Shown piece after piece: positions 25,381 to 38,260 of a stretch of DNA of 64,000 nucleotides. Source of the DNA: Sphyrna mokarran (Eukaryota); assembly GCA_024679065.1 (NCBI GenBank), contig JAGIQG010000004.1:39494001-39558000 (forward strand). The letters are read 5' to 3'. Position 1 is the stretch's first letter; each line of letters starts with the position of its first letter. The translations under genes were made by a program, and so were the position numbers. The notes beneath the pieces are model-generated. The model searched no databases and had not been told where the DNA came from. It was given only the letters and a program-made list of their open reading frames with translations.

Positions 25381-25559
25381 ACAATTCACCCCAATCCCCA
25401 ACATTCCACCACCAAACCTGCCAGCGGTGCCATGGAAGAAGTCTGCTCGATAGAGTAAATTCATTTGGTTCCAATATCACCACACCAAAAGCAGAAAATT
25501 TATATACACAAGCAAAATGGATATTAAAATTTACATGCAATATATCAAAAAAGACTTAC

Positions 25560-26300
25560 AGTTGACTGTGAGAAGGGCTATAAATTATTTCAAGAGACTA
25601 AACAGGATAACAGATTGGGCAGATGCTGCCAAATGAACTTCAATATGAAAAATTGTGTCCCGTGATGGAACATACAAACTAAATATTAAAACTTAAAGGG
25701 AGCAGAGAGACTTAGGGATTCAAAAACATCGATCTTTACATGTGGGAGGAAAAGTTGTTAAAACTATGAAAGAAAAAGGAATTTTAGCTTTGACAGAAAG
25801 GTGTGCAAGATATAGAAACAAATAAGTAATGACTTGAGCAGAATGGAAAATTGAATACGATGTACAATGGGCCACCAATTTGCTGATATCTATTTTACAC
25901 TCCTGTTGAAGCTGAATTTCATCTCCATTATGTCAAGATTTGTTTGCTCTATTTTAAGGAGGATATTGAGGCCAATAAGTGAATGCAGGATAACTTCATT
26001 ATGATGACACAATGAACAAGTCCAGTTATGAGTTGTAACCAAACTGGGATCCTTCTCAGTAGAATAGAAATTAAGAGGATATCTCATAGAGGCTTTCAAA
26101 GAAATGAAAGGCTTTTGATAAGTTAAGTAGAAGAAAACTATTTCCATCGATGGGAAAAGTAATAACATTTATGATCGTCGCCAGAGAAACAAAGGAAGGC
26201 GGGATAATTTTTATATTATACAAAAGATTGCTCAGTTATGGAATAACTTGAGAAACCAGTAGAAGTAAAATCCATAACAGTTTTTCAAAAAGTAATAGAT
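25560..26300 (+). mobile_element. Highly decayed CR1 fragment
   Basis: Remnants gattgggcagatgc..aaatgaacttcaatatgaaaaattgtg (W..W.M.FN..KC), ttaagaggatatctcatagaggctttcaaa (LRG.LIEAFK) and tatggaat (WN). Confidence 0.65.
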
Positions 26301-27239
26301 GCTAATTTCAAAATGGAATATTATAAAGATATAGAAATAGAATCAAAGGATAAAATGGAAAGTGTGATGATTAATATGATCTCCTTGTATGCTGTAAGGC
26401 TTTGTGCTTCTGTCAACATGAAAAAAACTAGATTTTGTTTTTCCATTATTTTTATCCACATGATTTATATCCAAGAAAAAGGATGCAAACTTACATTTGT
26501 AAAATTCCAATCTGGGAGTCAGAATATCCAAAAAAAAAAGGGGCCAAGTTCATAAGTAATTTTAAACTAGTTTATTAAGAGGCAACAGTTTAAAAATAAT
26601 TGACAGACAAAGCACATTACCCATTACAGCTTTATCTCTCTCTAACCTCTGTTATGAATCTCTTAACTGATCTCCTTCCTTCTGAAGGAGGACCCAGAAT
26701 GAATCACTTTGAAAAACTTTTTCCTTTCTGAAGTGATTTTATTTTCTTTTGAGAACCTGTTTTTTTTTAACTTTTCTCAGAAAGTAGGTTTATGTATGGC
26801 TCATGAGAATCAACCCTATCAGAAATATCTGTGCTCGTGTCATATCCTTGACAGTGGTAACAGGCCTGTCCTATATTTTTCTGCCAGTAAAATACCATAG
26901 GAGTTTTCTTCATAAGATTTCTGTTCGATAAACTTATTAAGATTCCATAATTATAGAGCAATTTCTTACACAAGTTACACTGTGATGACAATAGATAAGG
27001 TTTTCACCTTTGATTTTCTCGGCTGTCTATGCAGGGAAGCACTTAATCTCTGCTGTGCGCCAAAACATAGGGTGGGGTTTTTGTCAACTCCTGTGGTACG
27101 ATTTGCAACTGCGGAAATGGCCTGTCATTGACAGGCAGCAGCATCATCTAGCCCTGCTGCTGTCAACGTGATTTTCCATTGTCAATACATCTGCCACCAG
27201 GTTTCCTGTGGCAGGGGGTTGTTGTAGAGCACAAGATCT

Positions 27240-27288
27240 AAATCATAGAATCCCCACAGTGCAGGAGGAGGCCATTCGGCCCATCCAG
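27240..27288 (-). mobile_element. Solitary HE1/CR1 3' tail, apparently inserted in a short MITE-like element (~27070-27316)
   Basis: aatcatagaatccccacagtgcaggaggaggccattcggcccatc is the reverse complement of the HE1 tail. Confidence 0.75.
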
Positions 27289-30200
27289 CTGTCAGAAACA
27301 GCCAAAAAATTCTGCTCATTATGTTGGAATTGGTTATCATAACTTAGTTACACAACCTTTCAGTGCTTTATCACACTGCGTTGCCTTACTAATATGTTTC
27401 CCCTATCAACCACAATTATACTTCTGAATTGTTCACGAATTTTCTAATTATGGCAGAAACAGACTGCTAATCTGTTTAAATGATATAAAATCTCAACCAA
27501 AATATACTGTGGCAACTATTAATTACAACAGTAACAATGAAGGTGCAACATATTAGACCACCCAGAGCCAAAATAAGTATTGGTTGTGCAAAACCACAAA
27601 TTTTACATTTTTAAAATTATAGGTTTTTTTTTCCTAGAAATAATGTGCAGACCCAAGTTTTGCTTACTTTTGTGTCCTGAACAAGGTGTCAAATTAATTT
27701 CCTCCACATTTGTTATCCTGGATTTTCGAAGGATAACTAAGGGAATGTAGTGTCACCTGAAAGCAAACTTAATTCGAAGAATGTGAAATAATGTAGCTGG
27801 AGATGAATGTCCTGCCTCCTAATAAGTTTAATTTTCTCTTATGGTGCAGCATTTCAGCCATCTGAAAGCTTTTTGGTTTCTTTTTCTTACCAATCTCTTC
27901 TATAATTTTTATTCCTTATTCTTTAAGCTTCAAGAGCTTAATTAGCTTCTTTTTCAACTTAGAGCAATGTTAATGTTTTTAAGTTTGCATTACTCTTGCA
28001 GTTTGTCATTTATGGTTGACAACAGTTCCATGCGGCAAAAGTCTGCTCCAGATGGTCTAATATGTGACATTTTCATTACTACTAATACAAGTTATGTGTA
28101 TTGAAGGAGTGTTCCGATTTATGTTATTCTGGATTTTAGATTGTTTAAGTTGGCTCTTAACAGTCGTAATTCTTTTGTGAATTGTCACAAAACTATCAGG
28201 CAAGCACAAATGGACCATCCTTTGAGGTCACATTCACAATCGTACTACATGGTTACAATTTAAATTGCCTTCCTTTTGTTTTTGCTGATGTGCACAGGCA
28301 ATGTATGTGGGGAAGGTGCAAGAGCCCTCTAAGCAAAATAACTTATTGTTGAAATGTCACAATGGTAGCACATAATTTGTGTCTCCATAGCAGAGTTGTT
28401 TAGCTTTAGCTTTGTGCATCCAACCACAAACTGGTTTATTCATTTAACAATAGACATTTTTTGAGGAGTTTTGCCCCTTTGACCTTCGGTGCACTGACCC
28501 TCACGCATCATATTAAAAATCTCCTCTCTCTCTGTCTCTCACACTCCCTTCCTCTCTCTCTATCTATTGTTCTCCACCTCTTCTTGGCTATTAATGTTTC
28601 TATTGCTAAAGGACAGTTTGACTATAATTTTATGAGCACATTGCACTTATTAATCATATACCACTATTATTAACAGACTAAATAGAGGTTACAAGTGGTC
28701 ACAAATAGTAATAATGACAGAATTGCTTTTGTAAGCAAACTTTTCTTCCTTTTTTAAGTGACATTTGGCTATAGCAATGTACTTGTGGAATGTACACTCC
28801 AGCACGATAAAATGGATTAGCTTGTGTGCTTTTGTAGGCTGATTCTGTCCTGTAATTCTGAATCGTTATTGAAGCATGGAGCAGACGGACTTCTTCAGCA
28901 TTCATTAAGAACCATAAGTGCTTGCTGTAACTTATGTTTGGATCTGACCAGAAAAGAAGAGAATTAAATACAAAAGACTGGACCACAACAAAGACTTCCT
29001 TTCTGCCTCAGTACTTCTGCAAAAACATATGTTCAGCAGTGCAGGCAACTGTTGGGTTAAGGACACTCTAAGGAAAAGAGCACAAAGGACAGTCTCTGCT
29101 CCTGCTTTCACAATGGTTTGAAGCATATTCACTTGTTAGGGCTAGACTGTCAGCTGGTTCTTTTTGCAAGTGTAATTTCTTTCGTTCCTCTTCAAAAGCA
29201 TTTTTTCCTAATGTTTTACACTTCATATAATCTGGTGTGTATGGAAATCCTACTTCTATCCTGACATAATTGATGTTAAGCTAAAGGAGTTGCCTGCTCC
29301 AAGGATAAATTACCCATACTTTCGAGAGTTCCAAGTTACTCATCTTTTGTAACTTCAAGAACCTGAGTGGGCAAGCATCCACATTTGGCAGCTTAAGTTT
29401 CAGCTCTTCAACTTTAAAAGTTGGAGTTAAATTAGAATAATAGAATAATTCGAAAGTGGCCACATCATTACTTGTCTTAAACTAGCTTCTTACACAAAAC
29501 AATTGAAATTACCACATCACATTTATGACCCTGAGGAATAAAGTAACTTCAGAACAAAGTAAAAGCGGTATTAAGCTTGCTCAGGGGCAGAATTCAGAAG
29601 CCAGTAGAATACTATGGAACTGATTTTTCTTAACAGAACAGTAAGGCCTATAACAAGTTTAGGTAGCCATATAATTCAATTCGTGGCACTTATAGGTCCG
29701 TTGCAAACTTGGAGCATACTGCTAGGTCCAAGTCATCATCTTGTCTCAGTCAGTGGGCCCTTTTTGAAAATTAGGTCCAGTCTGAACATATGACCTCAGT
29801 TGTCATTTTAGGTTGCGGGTAGTACTGCATATACCCAATCTGTTCCATGAATGATAGAGCCAAAGAGGATCTGATGATTTACGATTGAATTTTTTTTATG
29901 CAACTTGGAGGAATGTTTATTCCTGTTTCCTATAGCTCCCCCTTCGCTCCCATATCCCACCGAGCTTCCAGGATGTACCTGAGACTGTCCAGCCACGTTT
30001 CTGTGGGCCAAAGTCAGCAAGCTTTGTGCCAAAGAAAAAATTCTGGCAGTCAAATGGTAGATAATTGGTTCAATTTATAACCTAAACTATGACAACAAAG
30101 AATGGTAACTTCATATAATGTATGAAAATTGGAACTTTGCCTTTAAGTAAGGAAAGATTTCAAAATCATTATTTCAAACTATCATTTTCATGCAAATACA

Positions 30201-30361
30201 GAAATGTTATAAGAAGTTTACAATGATCTATATGTAACATGTTATATCTATTCTGCAATAAGTTTAATGAGAAGTACATTCTTCAAATAAATTTAGTTAA
30301 GCTTTAAAATATTTGGGATTCTTCATCAATGCTTCCCATCATCCAACACTAGTAAACATGT

Positions 30362-30560
30362 AACAAAAACGGAAAATGCTAGAAAAACTCAGCAGGCTTA
30401 ACAGCATCTGTGAAAAGAGAATAGAGCCAATGTTTTGAGTCAGGATCCTGACTTGAAATGTTGGCTCTACTCTATCTCCATAGTAGCTGTTAAACCTGCT
30501 GAATTTCTCCAGCATTTTCTGTTTTTGTTTTAGATTCCAGGAGCTGCAGTATTTTGTCTT
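30362..30560. mobile_element. Palindromic non-autonomous element (probably Penelope-derived), ~168-bp hairpin plus a unique 3' tail
   Basis: Perfect centre AGTCAGGATCCTGACT (30438-30453). Arms aacaaaaacggaaaatgctag.. and ..ccagcattttctgtttttgtt pair out to 30362/30529. Confidence 0.8.
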
Positions 30561-30829
30561 TATCTTACTGATAAACATGTGATTAACAAGTTGCAGAGGA
30601 CAGTTTCCCTGAAAGAGAAACTGCAAGGCTATTGTATCAAGCTTTACAAAGGCTGTTACTAAGTAAAGGCTCAGAAATTTTTCTTAAGATTTGAGCAGGA
30701 TATTGTTGTTCAGTATTATTGATTAAAGAAATTATAGAGTGGGTATCTCGAATATAAATTTGAGGAAATATCAGTTTATCTTGTGAGTAGCTAAGAAAAG
30801 CTGAAAAGTAGCTAAGAAAAGATTTAAAC

Positions 30830-31070
30830 TGGTATCTGAGCTCATAGTGGGTAATGGTAGAGGTTCTACATCTTACCCAGGTTGAGCTGGGAGGGATGTC
30901 CTTCAAATTCTTGATTATTATCCATTTATCGTTGATGGAATTCCACTTACTTGAATGTTGAGTGAGAGCAGGATTGTGCTTGACTATGATGCTTACAATG
31001 GGTGAACAGCCTGTTGATGTGCATTATCCATCATTTTGTAGAAGTAATGGCCACTTAGGTATGCAATCAG
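30830..31070 (+). mobile_element. Old SINE-like repeat; related fragments at ~42070-42316 (-) and ~42755-42900 (+)
   Basis: gcaggattgtgcttgactatgatgc..gaacagcctg..aatggccacttag resembles a recalled shark SINE body; family uncertain. Confidence 0.45.
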
Positions 31071-32127
31071 AAGGTGATTGACACCTTTGAAAAAATACTA
31101 CAGTAACAATAAATTGTTTTGGGGGGAGGGGGAAGAGAAAAATTGGCTAGACAAAAAGAAAAATTAATTGCCACTGAGAAGGAATTATCCTTTCTTGACA
31201 AAGCACTAAATAAAAGCTATCTGTGCTTGGCAACAATCCAATCCCCTTGTGATCCTAGATAGATTGCACAAGGGCACTAACTTAACTGCTGCTCCAACTT
31301 GAAGAAGGTCCAATCTTTTTATAACCTTTACTAGAAACGGATGGGTATGTTTAACAAGAAGCTAAACTTCCTTGAAGGGAGTTCAGTCGCTCTGTAACCC
31401 AAGCTGAAAGCAGGCTACAGTAGGTTCTTAACAGCTGCTAACTGTAGGGAGTAACAGCCTCTCTTGACTCTGGTAACAGCCAAAGCTATATCTGACGATC
31501 TTGCATTATAAAAATAAAATGACTGAAGTGAAAACCTACTAGTAGATTGCTACCAATTAGTAGATAATTTTGAGAGAAGAGAATGCAACCTGGTAAAATG
31601 ATCAGAAGTTCAGTTCAGTAGCTGTCAATAAAAGTGATGAGAGGAGCAAAAGGGATGGCGTCAGAGTCCTTGGAGATAAAAGGGAGCAATATCAGATATT
31701 TTAAACTTTGGAGAATGGAACTTAGAATATACAAATAAATAAATGAGAAACTTCCAAATAATAATTAAATTTCATTAATTTAATATTTTGCATTCAGTAT
31801 AGGTTAATAATCAAAGAAGCAACTTCTTTCATCTCCCCTCATCTGATAATGCAACTCAGTTGAAATAGTTCAACTAAAAAAAAATTACAAAAATAAAGCT
31901 ATTTCAACTGTAAAATTTTGGATTATTGTTACCACTGTTGTTCTATAGCATCATGTGCCAGATACATTCCCAGTTACACTCGCTAGAGTTACTATGTTAG
32001 TTTGTTGAATAACATAAGTATAGAATTTTTATTGAAAGGAGATTGCTAATGAGGAAAGCTAAGGAATATAGCGAAGAACTATTTGTTGGTATGTTACTGA
32101 CCAGTCTGAGATTTTTTTGTAACCATG

Positions 32128-32566
32128 GTGTGGAAATGCTGGTGTTGGACTTGGCAGGTCTCATGACACCAGGTTAAAATCCAACAGGTTTATTTGGTAG
32201 CACAAGTCACTAGCTTTCGAAGTGCTGCTCCTTTATCAGATGAATGGGATTTCAGTTCACAAACATGGCATATAAAGACACAAACTCAATTACAAAATAA
32301 TGGTTGGAATGTGAGTCTTTACAAGTAATCAGGTCTTAAAGGTACAGACCATGTGAGTGGAGAGAAGGTAAAGCATAGGTTAAAAAAGATGTGTATTGTC
32401 TCTAGCCAGGACAGTTAGTGAAGTTTTGCAAGTTGAGGCAAGTCGTAGGGGTTACAGATAGTGTGACATGAACCCAAGATCCCGGTTGAGGTCGTCCTCG
32501 TTTGCAGAACTTGGCTATCAGCTTCTGCTCAGCGTCCCTGCATTGTTATGTGTCATGAAGACCTCC
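32128..32566 (-). mobile_element. Penelope-like element 3' end: GIY-YIG endonuclease C-terminus plus terminal repeat with a mutated hammerhead motif
   Basis: Minus strand reads GGLHDT*QCRDAEQKLIAKF../..LNRDLGFMSHYL*. Terminus aataaacctgttggattttaacctggtgt..agtccaacaccagcatttccac is shared with 51052-51381. Confidence 0.88.
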
Positions 32567-33778
32567 TTTTCTGTAACAGCGAGGAATCAGATATCAAATT
32601 CTATTTTCTGGCTGAAGAAAGGAGTTATTTCATTAGTGGTAGTTACTGCATTTTACATGAAAGATTTAAAGTATTTTAGAAAGCTCAGTCTGTAGTCCAG
32701 CTACATATGTCAGTGGCCTAACTGCTCAAGCTCCAAGCCCAAATAACCAGACAAGTACAAGGCATTGAATGTGTGCTTTTTGCATGTTTCTTTTCTGTTG
32801 ATCCAAATATCAGGGGCCAAATAATATACAGAAGTATGAATTACTTAATGCTTCCTCAGTTCCATATGGTCATTCATGTCTTTGGCAATTAATCACACAC
32901 CGAATCAGAGAATGGTCCCAAGAGAATTGGTGTCAGTGTTGAGCTGTACCTGTGCCAGTTGAGATGCAGGGCTTGTAGGCGTTAAACAGTAGCACAAAGC
33001 ACCGATGGCTACAAAGCCGAAGGAACTGGCCTTTTAACAACCTCTTCAGAGTGCAGTTTTTCTTCCTGAAAAAAATCCTTTTTTCCTCATGTCAAAAGCA
33101 GACAAATTACTAAGTGCAGCTTGGGTATTTTTTTCTCTCTGTGCTCAATTGTAAACAAAGCATGTTACCCAAGTGGTTAATATTTAAGCCATAACATATC
33201 AACATTGCCTCTGAGCTGTGTCACAACAATGAGCTTCTCTTTAAGTTATCATTTGGAACCAACTCTTAATGACAAGCAGGCTCTAAGGCTCCGAAGCAAC
33301 TGGCTCCAAGATTTTTGAGCCACCCACATTTATTGATTGTTGTCAGGTGTTTGCAGAAGCGAACAGAAGAAAATGTAAAAGAGTTAATATTTTCCACCTT
33401 CATATTCAATGTTTACTCAAGTAAATATGTTAGTAACAACATGAAATGAAAGTAAAATTATTTGCATATTTTTCCAAACCAACAATGTCATTTGTTTGTT
33501 CAGAACTTTCAAGAAGCTTCAGTTGTAAATTTAGGATTGTAGAGTTTTTCCAAGTCTTGTGTCCATTTGCTTGTTATTTACCCTTTCTCCAGAAATGCTC
33601 AGAGAATCGATAAGACCCAAAATGGAAGCAGGAATTGTGATTAAGTTGTTGATGCTGTTCATTTAAATGATTGTAACATGAAGCTAGGTTTTGTGTGGCT
33701 GCATGCATGAACAGATTGTAAAACCATGAGAGGCTAGCATTACTAAAAAACAATCAACACTAAACTTAAAACCAGCTC

Positions 33779-34420
33779 ATGGAGAGTGTGAACTAGAACA
33801 CCAGACACTGGCATGACGTAGCAAAGAGTGAGCTCTCAAGATTTTCTAGTCCTACACTAGTGCACAGGAGGAGGGGACAAAGTCTCAGAAGGCAATAGAA
33901 AGCTGAGCTGTGGCACTCAATGTCAGGAGTTGGAGTCCAAAGACCTGGATAGAGTGCTGAAAGAGGTTCAGTGGTCTCACAGGAGTGGGTCAAGTCAGTA
34001 AATGTATCTTCTAATGTCATATCCCATCAATTGCCCTACCAGCCTCACATACTGCAAAGCATCTGTCAACTATTTACTAATCTTGGTCCATACCTAACAT
34101 CTGTACACATCATCTTGCCCTCCCAAACTAATCACTGCTGTAAGCCTCATAGCCACATCTCACGGCTTACGCATTGCTAACTATTCAACTAAGACAGTCA
34201 GTGCTCCAAAGCATAGTCCAACTCACACACTGATGAACTTTCCTCACTCTCTTGCAGAATGATATATTGCGTAGCAAGAAGCAACAGGAGCAAACCTGTG
34301 AGGGATCATGTATGGCTGCATGTCCTAGTATTCATGCTAAGGTTGTGTGCACCATCATTAGATTGAGATATGATTGAAGTCATGATTGGTGGTGACACTG
34401 AAAGCTTTGGAAATGCTCAT
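33779..34420 (+). pseudogene. Harbinger ORF2 Myb/SANT-like (NAIF1/MSANTD-type) DNA-binding gene remnant, two exons
   Basis: SRFS..L, LRRQ*, AVALNVRSWSPKTWIEC*KRFSGLT (cf. VNA.S..PRTW.QCRKKFNDLT). Donor-like gtcagt at 33994 and acceptor ttgcag at 34257, then KKQQEQTC..HV. Confidence 0.7.
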
Positions 34421-34616
34421 CTTCCTTGCATTCTTTTCTTTGTTTTCTACAGGTTTAGCTAGAGATGGTGTAAACATGTATCTCCTATTCCCCACTCCCC
34501 TCACTACAATCCTATTATCTGCCTTCTACTAGCATCCAGCCATGCTGCAGTCATTGAGGTAGAACTGAATGGAAACATTAGGGTTGGAAAACACACACAG
34601 AAGATACTCACTAAGG

Positions 34617-35044
34617 CAGGGCTTTCCAAATTTTTACAGTCACAGAACCCTTCTCACCTTCCTAGAGTTATAAGGGAACCCCGAAAAACATACTTATTAT
34701 ATTAAAGAATTAAACCACGAAATGTAATTGCACAATAGATATAAATTTAAAAACGTACCTGAAAGATGTTTCTATGCCTTATATGTATGCATTTATTATA
34801 TTAAAGTTTTGTTATTCAACAAGTGTTTCCAAATCTTTCTTTCTTTTGTTATTTTTAACGGGGAGCTCCCACTCACTCACCCTCTCCCACCCTCACCCTT
34901 CCTTCTTTCAGGCCTTTCCCCAGCCCCTTAGTTCTTCCCAAATACTTCTCGCTCTGACTCCACTAAGGCCCCTATGGCCCCAGCCCCTCTTGGGACCTGG
35001 GGTCAACCCAACCATGGATTCCCAGCAGAGACTTGGAAACCCTG
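34617..35044. mobile_element. hAT-family MITE inserted in the Harbinger element
   Basis: Terminal inverted repeats CAGGG(C)TTTCCAA and TTGGAAACCCTG. 8-bp target-site duplication CACTAAGG (34609-34616) / CACTAAGA (35045-35052). Confidence 0.88.
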
Positions 35045-35316
35045 CACTAAGAGAATGTACAAGGGTGATTAGTTGGCTTTTGTGTGGAAAACTGAATAGT
35101 TGTTTGTTTTGTGGTGGATGTTACCTCAGCATTGTGGTCCAGAGGATGCTGTGATGATCAGTGACAGATGAAATTTGTGATAAGGACTATTGATGAATGG
35201 GAAATTGGGGTTGCTTGTATAAGTACCACTGTTAAATGACTTGATCCTGGATAATCCAATCACAAAGTGATATGTTGGTTTACTTCTCCCTTCTCCCTCC
35301 TCCGTGTGAGTTACTT

Positions 35317-35715
35317 AACATAGAAACTAAAAGCAGGACTAGGCAGTCAGCCCTAAGAGCCTGCACTGCCATTCAGTTTAATCATGGTTGATCGTCGAAT
35401 TCAATATCCTGATCCCATCTTCCCACCATATCCCTTTAGCCCCAAAAGCTACATCTAATTTCTTATTGAAATCAGGCAATGTTTTGGCTTCAACTACGTT
35501 CTGTGGTAGTGAATTCCACATATTCACCACCGTTTGGGTGAATAAATTTCTTCTCACCTGAGTTCTAAGAGGTTTGTTCTTTATCTTCAAACTGTGACCC
35601 ACCAGTTCTAGATTCCACCACCATTGGGAACATTCTGAATCTATCCCGTCTAACCCTGCTAGTATTTTGTAAGTTTCTATGAGATCTCCCTCAGTCTTAT
35701 AAACTCCAATGAATA
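35317..35715 (-). mobile_element. CR1 LINE 3' fragment
   Basis: ORF 35378-35788 contains GDLIETYKIL, GHSLKI, RRNLFTQTVVNMWNSLP and FNKKLD. Confidence 0.9.
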
Positions 35716-35739
35716 TGGTATTGTATACTTGATAGTGAG

Positions 35740-36671
35740 GGTTGTACCGAGGTTGTTGACGAGGTTGTGCAGGATACGCAAACCGCAAAGCTTCATGTCA
35801 AATGCTATGATGAATACTGCAGAGCAATCTTCTCAGCAGGAGAAGCATTGCTTAAGCACTTCAGTTGTCTACTCAGTGGCACTTTTTTGTGACACGATAT
35901 GGCTCTTTATGTATAGACTAGCCAGACGTGCATGGGTTGTGCAGCAGAGTATTGAGTGAGTTAGCCTATGGATAGCATTTGATATCGAGCAGCCATCTCC
36001 CAGTTTTGTTATGGGGGCTCAAATGCAGATGGTACAGATATATCACAACTGCTACCAGAATACTAGGCGTTGATTTTATAGCACGTCAACTATACATTGA
36101 GAAAGTGGAATTCCTCCATTGTGACATATTTCTGAATGCAGCATCAAATTGTATTTGTACACTTAGTGGCACTTTGCATCTTTTAAGAACTTGCAATCTT
36201 GGTGAAGTTAGGTGTTGTTTTGCCTGCTTCTCTCTGGCAAGAGAGAATGAAATGTATGCAACTATCTTTGCATAAAGGCCTTCTTATGCAAGAGTGTTTG
36301 GTGAATTAGGGTGTGTTGCAGATATGAATGATCCAGTTTGGAAGGAGCCAGAAGTATGATAATTCATGGGCCTGGTCGTCTTTACACCTATTAGCAATGC
36401 CGTCCTCATCCTGTCCTGTCCATTTGAAGTTCAGGCTGCACAAGATGGCAAATTTCAGTGAGCATCTCTTGATGAAGCAGAGATGTCAAACACTGTTCCT
36501 GCTGAGGTTGAGGATAGAAAATTATTCCCTAAATACCTTGGAGAGATACACTGAGAACTTATCTCCCTCTAGTCTTCTTCGCTTTTTGAAAAGCTTGCTC
36601 CTTTTGTTGCTGCTGATCATTCTTCCTATCATGCTGCTGTAGGGCAAGAGAATAGCAACTACAACACCCAT
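35740..36671 (-). pseudogene. PIF/Harbinger (HARBI1-like) DDE transposase remnant
   Basis: Minus strand with frameshifts and stops: MGVVVAI.., KVFRE*FSILNLS/EQC, KEMLTEICHLVQPELQ, MNYHTSGSFQ, FHFLNV*LTC (cf. FHSLNVQLVC), WLLDIKCYP (cf. WLLGDKGYP), E*TTEVLKQCFSC, ILHNL. Confidence 0.85.
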
Positions 36672-37162
36672 GATTGGGAGCAAGTCACCTGAGCAGAATG
36701 CTTGAAGTCATAACCTTCACCATATGCCACACCACTTCCTTTGGATTTCTGCAAATTTGAAGAGTGTTCAAATCACCAAACGCCTCTACTAACTTAGCTA
36801 CAGCTAGTGGAAATCAGTCAGCAACTAATCTGAAAGCAGTTCACGATATAATAAGCACTGCTCTAGTGGAGAGGGAGGATTGGGTCCTTCCCACTGATAA
36901 TCATACAGTTAGCTGCAGGAGGATAAAAGAGGTTGTTAACAGGAGAGTTGAAGTCAAAAATGGCACTGCTGATGCTAAATCACCATTACACATTGACTGA
37001 TGTCACAATTTGCAACATGCATCGTGTGTCCCTGCTAATGTCCTTACTAAAATGCATGTGGTGCAGTAATAGAAATGCTCATGCGCTGTGGATACCATTT
37101 TGGACCTGAAACAGTATTCATAGCATGGAAAATATGGGCACTATACTAACATACTCTATCTT

Positions 37163-37250
37163 AAAGTGAAGCTTATTTATTAGTTACAAGTGAGCTTTAC
37201 ATTAACGCTGCAATGAAGTTACTGTGAAATTCCCCAAGCTACCACAGTCA
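37163..37250 (-). mobile_element. SINE/LINE 3' tail, same family as 9850-9930
   Basis: ttatttattagttacaagtgagctttacattaacgctgcaatgaagttactgtgaaattcccc. Confidence 0.8.
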
Positions 37251-38260
37251 AGCTTGTTTTAGTACATAAGTACTTGTTTTACATGTATAAGTTTTTAAAT
37301 TTTTTTTGCCTAACTCTGCACAGAATTTAAAAGAGTTGAATTATGCAGGATCTTCCAAACTGTTCTGTAGCTAAGCAACTTAGAGAGAACATTGCACCAT
37401 GGAACAGAATTCTACACTCAATAATACAAAGTTTTGGGCCAGTATAGTGCATGCCTGCACTTTTCCTGTTAATGGCAGTGTTCACTTCTATCTGTGTGCT
37501 ATCTGGGACTGGAGAGGTCATCCTAATGCTTGTTTGGTGATTTCAGGAAATAGAGGAAAGAAATTTTCATCAGCCTGTAAACATTTGTGCCGTTCAAGTC
37601 TTCTGCTAACAGAAGGGTGAGATAAGACAAGCAATCAGGCTGCCCAAACTGTTTGTTTGTTCTCCTGACCTGTAGTCTCAAACATACTGCTAGTTGCAGT
37701 CAGAACGACACAAGTTTAAAAATGTGAAAGCTTCACTCAGCAGCAGATGAATGAGGGGCCTCCAGACAATTATCTGTCATTAACCTTCATTAAACTAATA
37801 AAGAAACAGAGACAGACAATCTTAGAGGGAAAATTGTTGGTGTGGTTTAAAATAGCAAGCACCAGTCATAGTTGTTGAGTCAATTGTCTTTGGGTGAAAT
37901 TTGCAATTGAGATGTGAGAAATGATTTTTGTTTAGCTTATCTATCCTGATAAAATCTTTGCCCATGGTTTCCGAATTACCTGAACTTTTTGACCCTTAAC
38001 TTTTTGCTGTGTTGGCTAACCTGCCGCCATTTATTTAAAACTTAAATGGTTCACCCTAAGTGCACTATGTAAATTGATTTACTGGAAATAAATATATTAT
38101 CCATTTTGATCATCATTAACTTCATTTGCTTTATTGATCTGTCTATAGTAGAAGGGAGTAATAAAGATGATATTGATTTTTTTTGTTCCTTGTTTTACTC
38201 GCCAGTGGGCAATTTTATTAATTTTAAGTTTTATTGCCAGCTCTTTTTAATTTTTTTTAG

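Noticed and set aside
36440-36600. Histone H2B-like peptide on the minus strand (KKRRR..DKFSVYLSKVFRE)
   Set aside because: Better explained as the N-terminus of the Harbinger transposase, whose downstream motifs follow colinearly.
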